Assembly: GCA_964016885.1 (NCBI GenBank)
Contig: OZ024758.1
Span: 29,078,001 to 29,142,000 of the forward strand
Direction of reading: 5' to 3'
DNA length: 64,000 bases
Source of the DNA: Eledone cirrhosa
Lineage: Eukaryota
Shown: in pieces, positions 26,022 through 38,740 of the stretch
Numbering within the stretch: position 1 is the first letter of the stretch
Layout: every line of letters begins with the position of its first letter
Position numbers and translations under genes: made by a program
The notes under the pieces: generated by a model
Database searches by the model: none
What the model was told of the DNA's origin: nothing
The model's input: the letters and a program-made list of their open reading frames with translations, nothing else

Positions 26022-26430
26022 GTTCTTCTTTTTCTTCTCCTTCTTTTTCTTATTTTTCTTATTTCTTCTTTTTCTTCTTTTTCTTCTTTTTCTTCTTTTT
26101 CTTCTTTTTCTTCTTTTTCTTCTTTTTCTTCTTTTTCTTCTTTTTTTCTTTTCTTTTTCTTCTTCTCCTCTCCCACTTATTCCTGAGAGGGTCATGGGGG
26201 CAGAGTCCTCAAACGCTCCTTCCAGTAGGTCCTGTCAGAAGCGACAATCTACAACTGATCCCACTGGATCCCCAAGCGGGACCAACCAATCACATGGATG
26301 TTATCTGACCATCTTGCTCGGAGTCTACCCCTGGGTCTCCTGCCGGTTGGTTTGCCTGTAAAAATCTGTCCGGCAATTCTTTCCTGAGACATTCTAACCA
26401 CATGCCCATAGTATCGGAGCTGTGATCTCT
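26022..26430 (-). mobile_element. RTE-clade LINE 3' fragment (family C) whose tail expanded into a (TTCTTCTTT)n array (26022-26165)
   Basis: Minus strand GHVVRMSQERI..GRRPRGR..RW remnant; related copies near 33950-34150, 37720-37895, 56085-56355. Confidence 0.75.
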
Positions 26431-26440
26431 TGGAATATTT

Positions 26441-27008
26441 TTAACCCTTTAACATTCTCTCGCCTCTTTCTGTTCAAATCAGCTGTAATTGGCCGCTCAT
26501 CATCATCGTTTAACGTCTATCTTCCACACTAGCATGGGTTTAGACAGGAATTGAGGCAAGATTGGTCGTTCGCTCGTATAGGACTATCTGGCAGGTTTTC
26601 TACGTCTCAATGCACTGCCTAACACCAACCATATTTACAGTGTGGACTGGGAGGTTTTTACTGTGTTACCTACACGGCCACATTACAGTGTGGACTGTGT
26701 GTTTTTTTGTTGTCGTGACACCTACACGACCTCATTTATTTAGGTCTGGATGTTGTGGTACCAACATAGCTTTACATCGAAAGGGGTGGTGTAGATGGCG
26801 GTGGGGGGTAGGATTAGTGGGACAGGGGTGTATTTTGGTAAGAGGTGCCTACTGACTAGGTTTCGCTTTGTACTTAGGCAAGGCTATTGATGTTAAAGTA
26901 TTATTCTCAAAATGAATATCAAAATCTCATAGATTCAATATTATGTGAGGTAAAGCCTTTACCATGAAAATATAGTAAATATAGAGTAATGTAAATGGTA
27001 AAGGGTTG
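26441..27008 (+). mobile_element. piggyBac-type MITE interrupted by an RTE-A 3' fragment (26497-26884, minus)
   Basis: MITE ...ggccgctcat | (cat)n RTE tail ... | tattgatgttaaagtatt... aaagggttga. Confidence 0.82.
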
Positions 27009-27642
27009 AAGTAACCAATATAGATGAAAGTATGTTACAGTGTTGGGAATGGCATCTTATAGCACTGGACTTCAACAAACAGTCATTGTTACTAGCAAGT
27101 ACTTCATTTTCATAAGATACCATATGAGATAACTTCAGAATACACTTTAGTTATACATGTTTGTAGCCTCACCCTAAATATGTTATACTTGTAATTTTAC
27201 ACCAATTTCTTTGCTACAAAAATGTTAATAATCAACTTAACTGGCATTTTTTACTGTTGTTGTTGTTGGAGGAGGACTGTGATGAATTGTGACTTTACAA
27301 CATAAAATATTTAGGAGAGGTATTCCATGTCATAACTTCCTGTTTCCACTCATCCCAAAATCTGAAGTCTCCTTCCCACTTTACATCACTAGTAATATAC
27401 TCAGGAAAGGCATCTATGTCATAACTTCCTGTTTCCACTCATCCTAAAATCTGAAACACCATTCTTATATTATAAATAATTGTTTCTACTTGTGGCAACA
27501 ATTACCCCAGTACATTACTGGTACTTTATTTTATTAACCCCGTAAGGATGAAAAGCAAAGTTAAAAGTTAACCTCAGCAGGATTTGAACTCAGGTCGTAA
27601 AGGGCCGTAACTCTGTGCTGTATTACAAATAATATTTAATAT

Positions 27643-28581
27643 GGAGGCACATGGCTTAGTGGTTAGAGCATTGGCCTTGCAATTGAAAGGTTGTGAGTTC
27701 AATTCTCAGACTGGGTGATGTGTTGTTTCCTTGAGCAAGACACTTTATTTCACATTGCTCCAGTTTACTCAGCTGTAGAAATGAGATGATAGGAACTGGG
27801 GTCCCTATCATTTCACTGTAAAGTGGTCATGGAGATGCCACGGCAAAAAAGCACCCAGCCCACACTGTAAAGTGGTCGTGGAGGTGCCACGGCAAAAAAG
27901 CACCCAGCCCACACTGCAAAGTGGTCGTGGAGGTGCCACGGCAAAAAAGCACCTAGCCCACACTGCAAAGTGGTCGTGGAGGTGCCACGGCAAAAAAGCA
28001 CCCAACACTCACTGCAAAGTGGTCGTGGAGGTGCCACGGCAAAAAAGCACCCAACACTCACTGCAAAGTGGTCGTGGAGGTGCCACGGAAAAAAGCACCC
28101 AACACTCACGGCAAAAAAGCACCCAACACTCACTGTAAAGTGGTCGTGGAGGTGCCACGGAAAAAAGCACCCAACACTCGCTGCAAAGTGGTCGTGGAGG
28201 TGCCACGGCAAAAAAGCACCCAACACTCACTGCAAAGTGGTCGTGGAGGTGCCACGGCAAAAAAGCACCCAACACTCACTGCAAAGTGGTCGTGGAGGTG
28301 CCACGGGCAAAAAAGCACCCAACACTCACTGCAAAGTGGTCGTGGAGGTGCCACGGGCAAAAAAGCACCCAACACTCACTGCAAAGTGGTCGTGGAGGTG
28401 CCACGGGCAAAAAAGCACCCAACACTCACTGCAAAGTGGTCGTGGAGGTGCCACAGCAAAAAAGCACCCAGCACTCACTGTAAATGAGGTTGGTGTTAGG
28501 AAGGGCATCCAGCTGTAGAAATCAAGTCAGAATCAGTTCCCGTCCCACCCTTGCAAGCAGGGGAATGATGATGATGATGAT
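27643..28581 (+). mobile_element. SINE family 2 with internal 49-bp tandem array (~14 copies, 27814-28480)
   Basis: Normal SINE head and tail flank cactgcaaagtggtcgtggaggtgccacggcaaaaaagcacccaacact units. Confidence 0.92.
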
Positions 28582-28965
28582 AATTTTTTCCTAAATTTTA
28601 TTTTTTCTCCCTAATTTACAGTAATAAATCCATAGATAGTCGACTTTTCAAAATATATTTTTTTAATATTGTTATATCTGTATAATTTTAGCAAACAATT
28701 CCTATTACCAGTATTTAAGGGAGGAGCGGTGGGGAGCAGTCAGTTACTTTTAACTATCAGCAGCATTTCACAAAAGCTTTGAATTCTTTACATTGCAATC
28801 CCATATACTATTCACCTAAATTTGTTTGAGCGAGGCTGCTAATTTTTTTTCTTCATTGATTTGTGTAAATGTCTGTACTGGAAAATTGGCTAATATTTGC
28901 TGTAACAACAAATTTGACAAATTAATGACAGAATGCTGCCATACAATCAAATTTTTAAAATAATT

Positions 28966-31576
28966 ACCTTATATACTCGAATATAAGTCACCACCAGCCC
29001 CTATACCTTATATACTCGAATATAAGTCACCACCAGCCCCTATACCTTATATACTCGAATATAAGTCACCACCAGCCCCTATACCTTATATACTCGAATA
29101 TGTCACCACCAGCCCCTATACCTTATATACTCGAATATAAGTCACCACCAGCCCCTATACCTTATAAACTCGAATATAAGTCACCACCAGCCCCTATACC
29201 TTATATACTCGAATATAAGTCACCACCAGCCCCTATACCTTATATACTCGAATATGTCACCACCAGCCCCTATACCTTATATACTCAAATATAAGTCACC
29301 ACCACCCCCTATACCTTATAAACTCGAATATAAGTCACCACCAGCCCCTATACCTTATATACTCGAATATAAGTCACCACCAGCCCCTATACCTTATATA
29401 CTCGAATATAAGTCACCACCACCCCCTATACCTTATAAACTCGAATATAAGTCACCACCAGCCCCTATACCTTATATACTCGAATATAAGTCACCACCAG
29501 CCCCTATACCTTATATACTCGAATATAAGTCACCACCAGCCCCTATACCTTATATACTCGAATATAAGTCACCACCAGCCCCTATACCTTATATACTCGA
29601 ATATGTCACCACCAGCCCCTATACCTTATATACTCGAATATAAGTCACCACCAGCCCCTATACCTTATATACTCGAATATAAGTCACCACCAGCCCCTAT
29701 ACCTTATATACTCGAATATGTCACCACCAGCCCCTATACCTTATATACTCGAATATAAGTCACCACCACCCCCTATACCTTATATACTCGAATATGTCGC
29801 CACCAGCCCCTATACCTTATATACTCGAATATAAGTCACCACCACCCCCTATACCTTATATACTCGAATATAAGTCACCACCAGCTCCTATACCTTATAT
29901 ACTCGAATATAAGTCACCACCAGCCCCTATACCTTATATACTCGAATATGTCACCACCAGCCCCTATACCTTATATATTCGAATATAAGTCACCACCAGC
30001 CCCTATACCTTATATACTCGAATATAAGTCACCACCAGCCCCTATACCTTATATACTCGAATATGTCACCACCAGCCCCTATACCTTATATACTCGAATA
30101 TGTCACCACCAGCCCCTATACCTTATATACTCGAATATAAGTCACCACCACCCCCTATACCTTATATACTCGAATATAAGTCACCACCAGCCCCTATACC
30201 TTATATACTCGAATATGTCACCACCAGCCCCTATACCTTATATACTCGAATATAAGTCACCACCAGCCCCTATACCTTATATACTCGAATATAAGTCACC
30301 ACCAGCCCCTATACCTTATATACTCGAATATAAGTCACCACCAGCCCCTATACCTTATATACTCGAATATGTCACCACCAGCCCCTATACCTTATATACT
30401 CGAATATGTCACCACCAGCCCCTATACCTTATATACTCGAATGTCACCACCAGCCCCTATACCTTATATACTCGAATATGTCACCACCAGCCCCTATACC
30501 TTATATACTCGAATATGTCGCCACCAGCCCCTATACCTTATATACCCGAATATGTCGCCACCAGCCCCTATACCTTATATACCCGAATATGTCACCACCA
30601 GCCCCTATACCTTATATACCCGAATATGTCGCCACCAGCCCCTATACCTTATATACTCGAATATGTCGCCACCAGCCCCTATACCTTATATACCCGAATA
30701 TGTCGCCACCAGCCCCTATACCTTATATACCCGAATATGTCACCACCAGCCCCTATACCTTATATACTCGAATATGTCGCCACCAGCCCCTATACCTTAT
30801 ATACTCGAATATGTCACCACCAGCCCCTATACCTTATATACTCGAATATGTCACCACCAGCCCCTATACCTTATATACTCGAATATGTCACCACCAGCCC
30901 CTATACCTTATATACTCGAATATGTCACCACCAGCCCCTATACCTTATATACTCGAATATGTCACCACCAGCCCCTATACCTTATATACTCGAATATAAG
31001 TCACCACCACCCCCTATACCTTATATACTCGAATATAAGTCACCACCAGCTCCTATACCTTATATACTCGAATATAAGTCACCACCACCCCCTATACCTT
31101 ATATACTCGAATATGTCACCACCAGCCCCTATACCATATATACCCGAATATGTCACCACCAGCCCCTATACCATATATACTCGAATATAAGTCACCACCA
31201 GCCCCTATACCTTATATACTCGAATATAAGTCACCACCAGCCCCTATACCTTATATACTCGAATATGTCACCACCAGCCCCTATACCTTATATACTCGAA
31301 TATGTCACCACCAGCCCCTATACCTTATATACTCGAATATGTCACCACCAGCCCCTATACCTTATATACTCGAATATGTCACCACCAGCCCCTATACCTT
31401 ATATACTCGAATATGTCACCACCAGCCCCTATACCTTATATACTCGAATATGTCACCACCAGCCCCTATACCTTATATACTCGAATATGTCACCACCAGC
31501 CCCTATACCATATATACTCGAATATAAGTCACCACCAGCCCCTATACCTTATATACTCGAATATAAGTCACCACTA
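28966..31576. repeat. 37/39-bp minisatellite, ~2.6 kb
   Basis: ataccttatatactcgaatat(aa)gtcaccaccagcccct; mixed unit lengths; source of the 578-aa pseudo-ORF. Confidence 0.97.
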
Positions 31577-31639
31577 TTTTATGTCAGAGAAATGGGCAAA
31601 AATCCAAACCCCGTTTATAAGCTAACACAGCTACATTGT

Positions 31640-31941
31640 CGATTGGCAGAATCGGTAGAGCATCAGACATGTTTAATGACATAGTTATGGCCCTCTGCGT
31701 TCTGGGTTCAAATCCCACCGAAGTTAACTTTGCCTTTTATCCTTACGGGGTTGTTAAAATAAAGTACCAGTAATGCACTGGGGTTGATTTTAATCAACTT
31801 TCCCTTCGCCCAAAATTGTGCCTATAGTAGAAATTATTATTATTATTTGGCAGTGTCAGTAGAGCGTTGGACACCATGCTTTGTAACATAGAGGTGCGGC
31901 CCCTTGCGTTCTGAGTTCAAATCCCGCCAAAGTTAGCTTTG
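31640..31941 (+). mobile_element. SINE family 1 tandem pair, second copy truncated
   Basis: gattggcagaatcggtagagc...; second head begins in the (ATT)n tail of the first. Confidence 0.82.
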
Positions 31942-32055
31942 TTCATATGACGTATATAAGCCATCCCCTGTTCATATGACGTATATAAGCCATCCCCTGT
32001 TTATATGACGTATATAAGCCATCCCCTGTTTAGATGACGTATATAAGCCATCCCC
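31941..32055. repeat. 29-bp tandem repeat, 4 copies
   Basis: gttcatatgacgtatataagccatcccct. Confidence 0.9.
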
Positions 32056-32998
32056 ACAAACAAAGGAGTTTTCACCTACACTCCCTTTGTTATTCTACCT
32101 GCTTCAAATCCCTGAATTAAAAATAATTGTTTCTGATTTAGGCACAAGGCCAACAATTTTGGTGGAAAGGGAAAGTCGATTAAATTAACCCCAGTGCATT
32201 ACTGGTACTTTATTTTATCAGCCCCCTTAACAATGAAAGGTAAAGCTAATCTCGACGGGATTTGGACTCAGAACATAAAAGGCCATAACTCTGTGCCGCT
32301 AACCATGTTGTCCTATGCTCTACTGAAAATAATATATCACTCTTAATGTCCTGTACCACATGAAACCACATTAGCAAAACATGACTGCATCACTCAAAGG
32401 CAACGAGTTGTTGGTGTTACCTGTTATTTTATTTACCTCTACTAATATTTCGGTCTCAAAACCTAGTCTTCTGATGAAGGGTTTTTAGACCCAAAATATT
32501 AGGATAGGTAACCCCATTTGCTCACAATAGTGAGAGGTGGGGAGAGTAGAAGAGATGGAGGCGATGACTGGGAGTTTGGTTCTTTTGTGTTCGGACCTGA
32601 TGTATATATGTGTATATAAGAGAGAATGATTTTATTTTCTGTGAGAAAACATTCAGTACTCCCCTGATCTGTGATCAATGCATTATAAATTGAGTGAAAA
32701 TGGGTATAAATAAAATAATTGTTTCTACTTTTAGCACAGGGCCAGCAATTATTCCAGTGCATTACTGGTATTTTATTTTATCGACCCCATAAGGATGACA
32801 GGTAAAGTTAACCTCGGTGGATCTTGAATTCAGATCCCAATAATAGCCTTCAAATAACATACTGTGTTATACACAACACAATGTTTCAAGGAAACTACAG
32901 CACCCTATTATCTAGTTTTTATTTTTATCAGCAATCAGCATTTTCTACAAATTGAATTTTACTTTAAAAAAAAAATGTTTCACTTTTTTTTTTTTAAG

Positions 32999-33099
32999 GT
33001 TGACACAACTCAAGTTCTTCTCAAAGAAAATGGAGTTTCACTGCGTTTAACTGTTGTTGATACACCAGGTTTTGGAGATGCAGTTGACAACAGCAATTG
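32999..33099 (+). CDS. SEPT7: Septin-7 coding exon B (G3 DTPG motif)
   Basis: polyT-aAG|GTT GAC...AAT TG|GTatga; [33 protein letters not shown](C); 101 nt, in phase with exon A. Confidence 0.96.
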
Positions 33100-33476
33100 G
33101 TATGAATCTATTCCATACATTTTAAACACTCTTTATTAAATATGTTACATTTAATAAACATGTCTCACTTTCACACTGCATCACACTTCTTATACATTTC
33201 ATGGTCTTAACAACAGTGGTAAGAAACTCTCAGGAAAGCCGGACAGCAGAAGGTCTTCAGCCCCAGAAGTTAAGGGCCGTAATAGTGATATATGTTCATT
33301 AAATGTGCTTTGTTGTATTGGTGTTAGTATTCACCCAGGATAGGTTGAGCTAGCTTCATTCAGTGAATCCATGATATCACAAACAGAAGCCAACCGTTCA
33401 TGGCAATTACAGATGAACACTATATATGTGCAAACCAGATATTAATTTAAGATCTGATTTTATTGTACTAATACAT

Positions 33477-33788
33477 GGAGGCACATGGCTTAGTGGTTAG
33501 GCTTGCAATCGAAAGGTTGTGAGTTCAATTCTCAGACCGGGTGATGTGTTGTGTCCTTGAGCAAGACACTTTATTTCACATTGCTCCAGTTTACTCAGCT
33601 GTAGAAATGAGATTATAGGGACTGGGGTTCCTATCATTCCATGGCAAAAAAGCACCCAGCACTCACTGTAAATGAGGTTGGTGTTAGGAAGGGCATCCAG
33701 CTGTAGAAATCAAGCCAGAATCAGTTCCCGTCCCACCCTTGCAAGCAGGGAAAAGGCGGATGTAAAATGAAATGATGATGAATGATGA
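33477..33788 (+). mobile_element. SINE family 2
   Basis: Co-linear with 18464-18796, with internal deletions. Confidence 0.88.
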
Positions 33789-34665
33789 ATACACATTTTC
33801 AACTGTCCATTTCACCATTTACATCCCAGGAGAGGTTCTGGTTTGATTACCTCATAATTAAGTTTGTCTGAAGGATGACAGGGTGCAGGACCAACATTTT
33901 TAGTAGGGCTTGAATGGAATCGATCTAGCAGTGATGATGAATTTAGGAGCCTTCTTCTTCTCCACCCACATATTCATGAGAGGGTTGTGGAGGCAGAGTC
34001 CTCAGTCACGCCTTCCAGAGGGTCCTATCAGAAGCAACTGTTTCTAAATGCTCTGGCTGGATCCCCAAGCGAGGCTAACCAAGGTTATGGATGTTATCCA
34101 ACTATCTTACTTGGGTCTCCTGCCAGTAAAATCTGCCTGGTGATTCTTTCTTTTGACTGAATTTAGGAGTTTGACACAAAATCCAGTGCACTAACATGAA
34201 GGATTCAACAAAGACAAAAAGTGGCCAAATACTTCCAGCTTGCAAAATTTCACTGCTCTCACTAGCCATAAATTGATCAAACTACAAAAAGCAATTGTTC
34301 CAATTGCATCTTAACTCTTTGAACCCTGATCTCTCTCTCCATGTATGCAGTCCCTAATTCAGGGCCTCTGCATGAAAATAACTGGATAAAATGATATTTA
34401 TCAATTAAGCCTAACATAAATTCCAGCAATGTCTTACAAAGAACTCTGACTAAAGCAACAGCGTAAAACGACAACCACTGATTCTTACAGGAAGTGGTAT
34501 AAATAACAATGGTAAACAGCTGTGGGTAGCAAAACAGAAACGTGGGATACAGTGAAACATCATCACTACTGGAATACCAAGTTTAAAGCAACAATATCCT
34601 AATCGCAAAATGTGTACCAGTCACGATACATAGAAGAATAGACGTAAAACTGTGAAAAAAATGTT

Positions 34666-34880
34666 TAACCCTTTAGCATTTAAACCGGCCACATCCGTCC
34701 AGAAACTCTCACCTTTTTTTTGTTCAAACCGGTTGTAACTGGCTGCTCATACTGATTGATGTTAAGGTATGGTTCTCTAAATAATATCAAAATCTCATAG
34801 ATTTGATATTATGTGAGATAAAGCCTTTACTGTGAAAATACAATAGTAAATGTAGAGTAATGTAAATTCTAAAGGGTTGA
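34666..34880 (+). mobile_element. piggyBac-type MITE
   Basis: ttaaccctttagcattta ... taaattctaaagggttga. Confidence 0.86.
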
Positions 34881-35091
34881 CTTATGAGGACTGGATTTAG
34901 TTAGTAATTTCCTTTCAAATCTACAATCTGGTTTTAATTCTCTTTCAACTTGAATTTTTAGTTAAAAAAAGTACAAGTGTCCCACTCATGTGAGCAATAC
35001 ATTTTTATAAAAAGCCTTCTTTTCGTTTCTAATTTTATCTTTTACCCTTCTCTAAACAAAATGTATTTTTTTTTTTTTTTTATTTCAAAAG

Positions 35092-35226
35092 TTGGCAGCC
35101 TGTAATTGATTTCATTGACACAAAATATGAGGAATATCTCAACTCAGAATCGAGAGTTAACCGAACAACTATGCCTGATAACAGAGTCCATTGCTGCTTA
35201 TATTTCATTGCTCCCACAGGTCATGG
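35092..35226 (+). CDS. SEPT7: Septin-7 coding exon C
   Basis: aaAG|T TGG CAG...CAT GG|GTgagt; (C)[44 protein letters not shown](G); 135 nt. Confidence 0.96.
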
Positions 35227-35262
35227 GTGAGTAATCATTTTAACAGTTTCAATTGGTTATGA

Positions 35263-35467
35263 TACATGGGGATCGGTGGAAAACTTTATAGGCTGACCAA
35301 GATACTCTTTTTGGAATTATCACATGAGGTTTATCTTTCAACATAGGCCCTGGAAAAAACCAATGCAGTTATTAAGAAGAAGAGTTGAAATTATTGCATG
35401 CAAGATTTCACTGCTCTAGCATCAATCCTTCATAGTCCACCTATGACCTTTTCAGCCGACCCTCGTA
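35263..35467. mobile_element. mariner-type MITE relic
   Basis: Right end reads TA-CGAGGGTCGGCTGAAAAGGTCATAGG on minus strand; degenerate left end tacatggggatcggtggaaaactttatagg. Confidence 0.6.
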
Positions 35468-35570
35468 TAATATTACTAAACATATAGTCAAATAAACAAA
35501 AGGCTAGAAAAAGTTTTAAATGTGTGTGTGTGTGTAGGAATTTCTAAAGAATAGTATTTCTAAAGAAATG

Positions 35571-35873
35571 CAGTATGTTTATAAATAAACATTTAGAAAG
35601 CCGTAGCTATGCAAAATCACTGGCAGCTATCGCCACCTGGCGGTGTCCAATAGAAGCAAGGGGGACAATCGTCGATGCATTTCGATCTGAACTGGTTCTC
35701 ATTAGGACTATCCCTGCTGCTCTTGCAACTGCTGGACTTTGAAAACAGGCGAGAATATATAGTTTTCTCGTCTGTGTAAATGAGGTGATTAATCTCATTT
35801 GCATATGAAGCTTTATAAGTTGGCTCAACATATAATAGAATAACTACGGCTTTCTAAATGTTTAAACATACTG
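35571..35873. mobile_element. ~300-bp MITE with ~30-bp terminal inverted repeats
   Basis: cagtatgttta..taaacatttagaaagccgtag versus ctacggctttctaaatgtttaaacatactg; CAG...CTG ends with TA on the right flank. Confidence 0.75.
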
Positions 35874-35932
35874 TATAACATCTGTATACCACTATGCTCA
35901 AAGCCTAATTCTATATATATATAAATATAAAT

Positions 35933-36675
35933 AAGATGTAGCGGGATAGCAGGCAAACTAACAGGTAGGGAGAAATAGATGTACAGGGAAATTAGAAAGT
36001 AGAAGTCGCATTGATAGACACATTTTTCAAATGCAGGAGGGCGCTATAGAAGTGGTGAATAGCTTCCGGTACCTAGGAGATCAGATTAGCATGGGAGGAG
36101 GGTGTTCCGAGGCCATAGTATCTAGAATAAGGACGGGTTGGAAGAAGTTTAGGGAGCTGCTTCCTCTGTTGACGAAGAAGAGTTTCTCCCTGCGTACGAA
36201 AGGCCGGTTGTATGATGCCTGTGCGAGGAGCGCGATGCTGCATGGTAGTGAGACATGGGCAGCAACCGCAGAGGATATGCGACGGCTGGAGAGAAATGAG
36301 GCAAGCATGCTCCGTTGGATGTGCAGTGTAAATGTGCGTGAACGACCCAGCATAAATGTGTTGAGAGAGAAACTGTGTCTGAGAGGGATAGAATGTAGTG
36401 TACGGGAGAGGAGACTGAGGTGGTATGGACATGTGATGCGCATGGAGGATGACCGATGGGTGAAGAAGTGCCAGGAATTGCCAGTTGAAGGAAGACGTGG
36501 TAGAGGTAGACCACGAAAAACATGGGCGGTGGTGGTGAGAACAGACCTCAGATCATTGAAGCTCACGGTGGAGATGACGAGGGACCGTGACGAATGGAGA
36601 GATGCTGTGCTGAATAAGACCCGTCCCACCCTTGCAAGCAGGGAAAAGCGGACGTAAAATGATGATGATGATGAT
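35933..36675 (+). mobile_element. Young-looking 5'-truncated RTE LINE (family B), ORF2 C-terminus open (36031-36657)
   Basis: FRYLG..RIRTGWKKFRELLP..LHGSETW..LRWYGHVMR..GRPRKTW; CpG-rich; (GAT)n tail; TA-repeat flanks. Confidence 0.93.
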
Positions 36676-37278
36676 ATATATATATATACTTGCTGTTTCA
36701 CACATTTTTTTTTTGTAAGAAAATGATGATTGATTTTAAATCAGCGATATAATTTATGGAGAAAAACTCTGCATTTCAATATTACTCAATGTAAAATGTA
36801 ATGCATGAAAAATTGGAAAACATTATTTTTGATAATATATCAAATCAAATTACATTATTAAATCTTATTCTTATTTTGTTTCTTGTAAATAAATTTTTTT
36901 TAAATATCAATTCAAAACCTTTGTGAATAGGCATCATATCTTGTCATTTACCTATGGTTTAAATTTCATATAAATCAAAGGGAAAACATTTTCAGCTGGG
37001 GTTTGTGCCCCGGGGAACCCTAATAGGAGGTTTAACCCCAATTAGGGTGTTTTCATATTATTGAAATTTGCTGAAATTTTGTGTCCCCGGGGTACCTTTT
37101 GATTAAAATGAAATATACTTATCCAAGTACTCTGGGCAATGTATTTTCAGAATATATATGGTTATGGGGGTCTATCTCCAAAACTATAGGAGGATTTTGT
37201 GAACAAACAGACTTGAACTACAACTTTATATATATTGATATATATTTAATATGGTAACTATTTCTTTAACTACTTCAG

Positions 37279-37396
37279 GTTGAAACCTCTTGATGTTGAA
37301 TTCATGAAACGTCTTCATGATAAAGTAAATATTATTCCACTTATCGCTAAAGCTGATACATTGACACCAGATGAGTGCAGAGATTTCAAGAAAACT
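37279..37396 (+). CDS. SEPT7: Septin-7 coding exon D (G4 AKAD motif)
   Basis: ttcAG|G TTG AAA...AAA ACT|GTaagt; [39 protein letters not shown]; 118 nt. Confidence 0.97.
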
Positions 37397-38185
37397 GTAA
37401 GTTGTTTCTATTTATTACTATTTTCTTTTAATGTGCAAGGATTGTTAGTTTTTTTAAATAATTAACCCCTTCATGGAATCTTTTATCCCTCAATGATCCC
37501 AAGCTTTTACAAAAATAAATTAAATAAATGAGTAGAATATAAAATAAACTATCAAGACTAATTGTATATAAATCAGAAACTTGTATAATGTATTTTATTG
37601 CATTTTCATTTTTTATACAAATGTCAGATTTGGTTCAAAAGTTAGATCAACACACACCACCACCATGATTCCCTCACCCCCAGGGGTTGATATTGACCAC
37701 TCTGGGAAAGTCCTCAGGTAGGCTTTCTTGAGGATCCTATCAGAAACACCATTTCTGAAGTTATGGATGTTACCCAACTAACTTGCTCGTGGTCAAACCT
37801 CTGGCTCTCCTGCCAATTAGCTTTTCCTGTAAAATCTGTCCTGTGAGTCTTTAGACATTCTAACCACATGCCAGTAGTACTGGAGTTGTGATCTCAGAGG
37901 TACACACCTTATCAAGTAAATTTATTGTAGTAAAATAAATTCAGAGAGTTATTGACAACAAAAGATTCATCTGCGTTCAAAAGGTAGATAATATGAAATA
38001 TAAGAAATGAGCTACTACATAGAAATAAGATATGAGGGTTACTTCTGATTTCCTACAGCATGGAAACAATTTGGTTCTATTAAGCTGAATTGCCTTTGGC
38101 AAACAGCCTGAAGTGTAATTGGGACAACTAAACACACTTTCAACAGCTACAATGTCTTTCATAAATTGAAACGTTAAAAATTATT

Positions 38186-38361
38186 CATTAGTTAGTTAGT
38201 TCCTCCTATTGGATCATTGGGCAGCAACAAAAGCTCTCCATCCTCTGTGGTCTTCTGCAAGAGATTTGGCATCCTCCCAGCTCAGCTCTTCCACATTTAG
38301 ATCCTTCAGGACTGTCCTCTTCCGTGTTGTTAATGGGCGTCCAAGTTTCTTTTTTCCACCT
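38186..38361 (-). mobile_element. RTE-clade LINE 3' terminal fragment (family D)
   Basis: Minus strand GGKKKLGRPLTTRKRTVLKDL..SWEDAKSLAEDHRGWRAFVAA, short (CTAA)n tail. Confidence 0.7.
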
Positions 38362-38690
38362 TATTCATAAAATGTCAAGTTATAACTGAGAAGGTCTCGT
38401 ATCTCCTCGCCTATTTTTCCTTAACAAGGGAAATAATCCATATTGATGAAATAATCACATTTTTAATCAAAATTGTTTTAGAGATCTAATTGAAAAGCAA
38501 AACTTAATATATCTTCTATAGAAGAATATAATTTTATAAATTATTTGCATAGACGATAACTTATATGCAAATATCAACTGTGAAATAGCAAGAACATCTC
38601 AATTTTACTTTTGAAAATCATAAAAACTGTGAAACCAATAAAGTAAATAAATATTTTTAAAAGACTCCAGTTGCATTTTCAATTTCTTTT

Positions 38691-38740
<50 letters not shown>

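Noticed and set aside
25953-26195. K/R-rich protamine-like and E/K-rich ORFs
   Set aside because: (TTCTTCTTT)n simple repeat at a LINE tail
27808-28518. Overlapping ORFs on both strands and CRISPR-like periodicity
   Set aside because: 49-bp tandem expansion inside a SINE, no spacers
29100-31684. 578-aa extensin-like SPPAPIPY ORF and overlapping ORFs
   Set aside because: Translation of the 37/39-bp minisatellite; unit length mix shifts frames and all three frames give the same peptides
32990-35095. AAG acceptors on exons B and C as a sign of unusual splicing
   Set aside because: AAG is a minority but normal U2 acceptor; both have long polyU tracts and keep the frame
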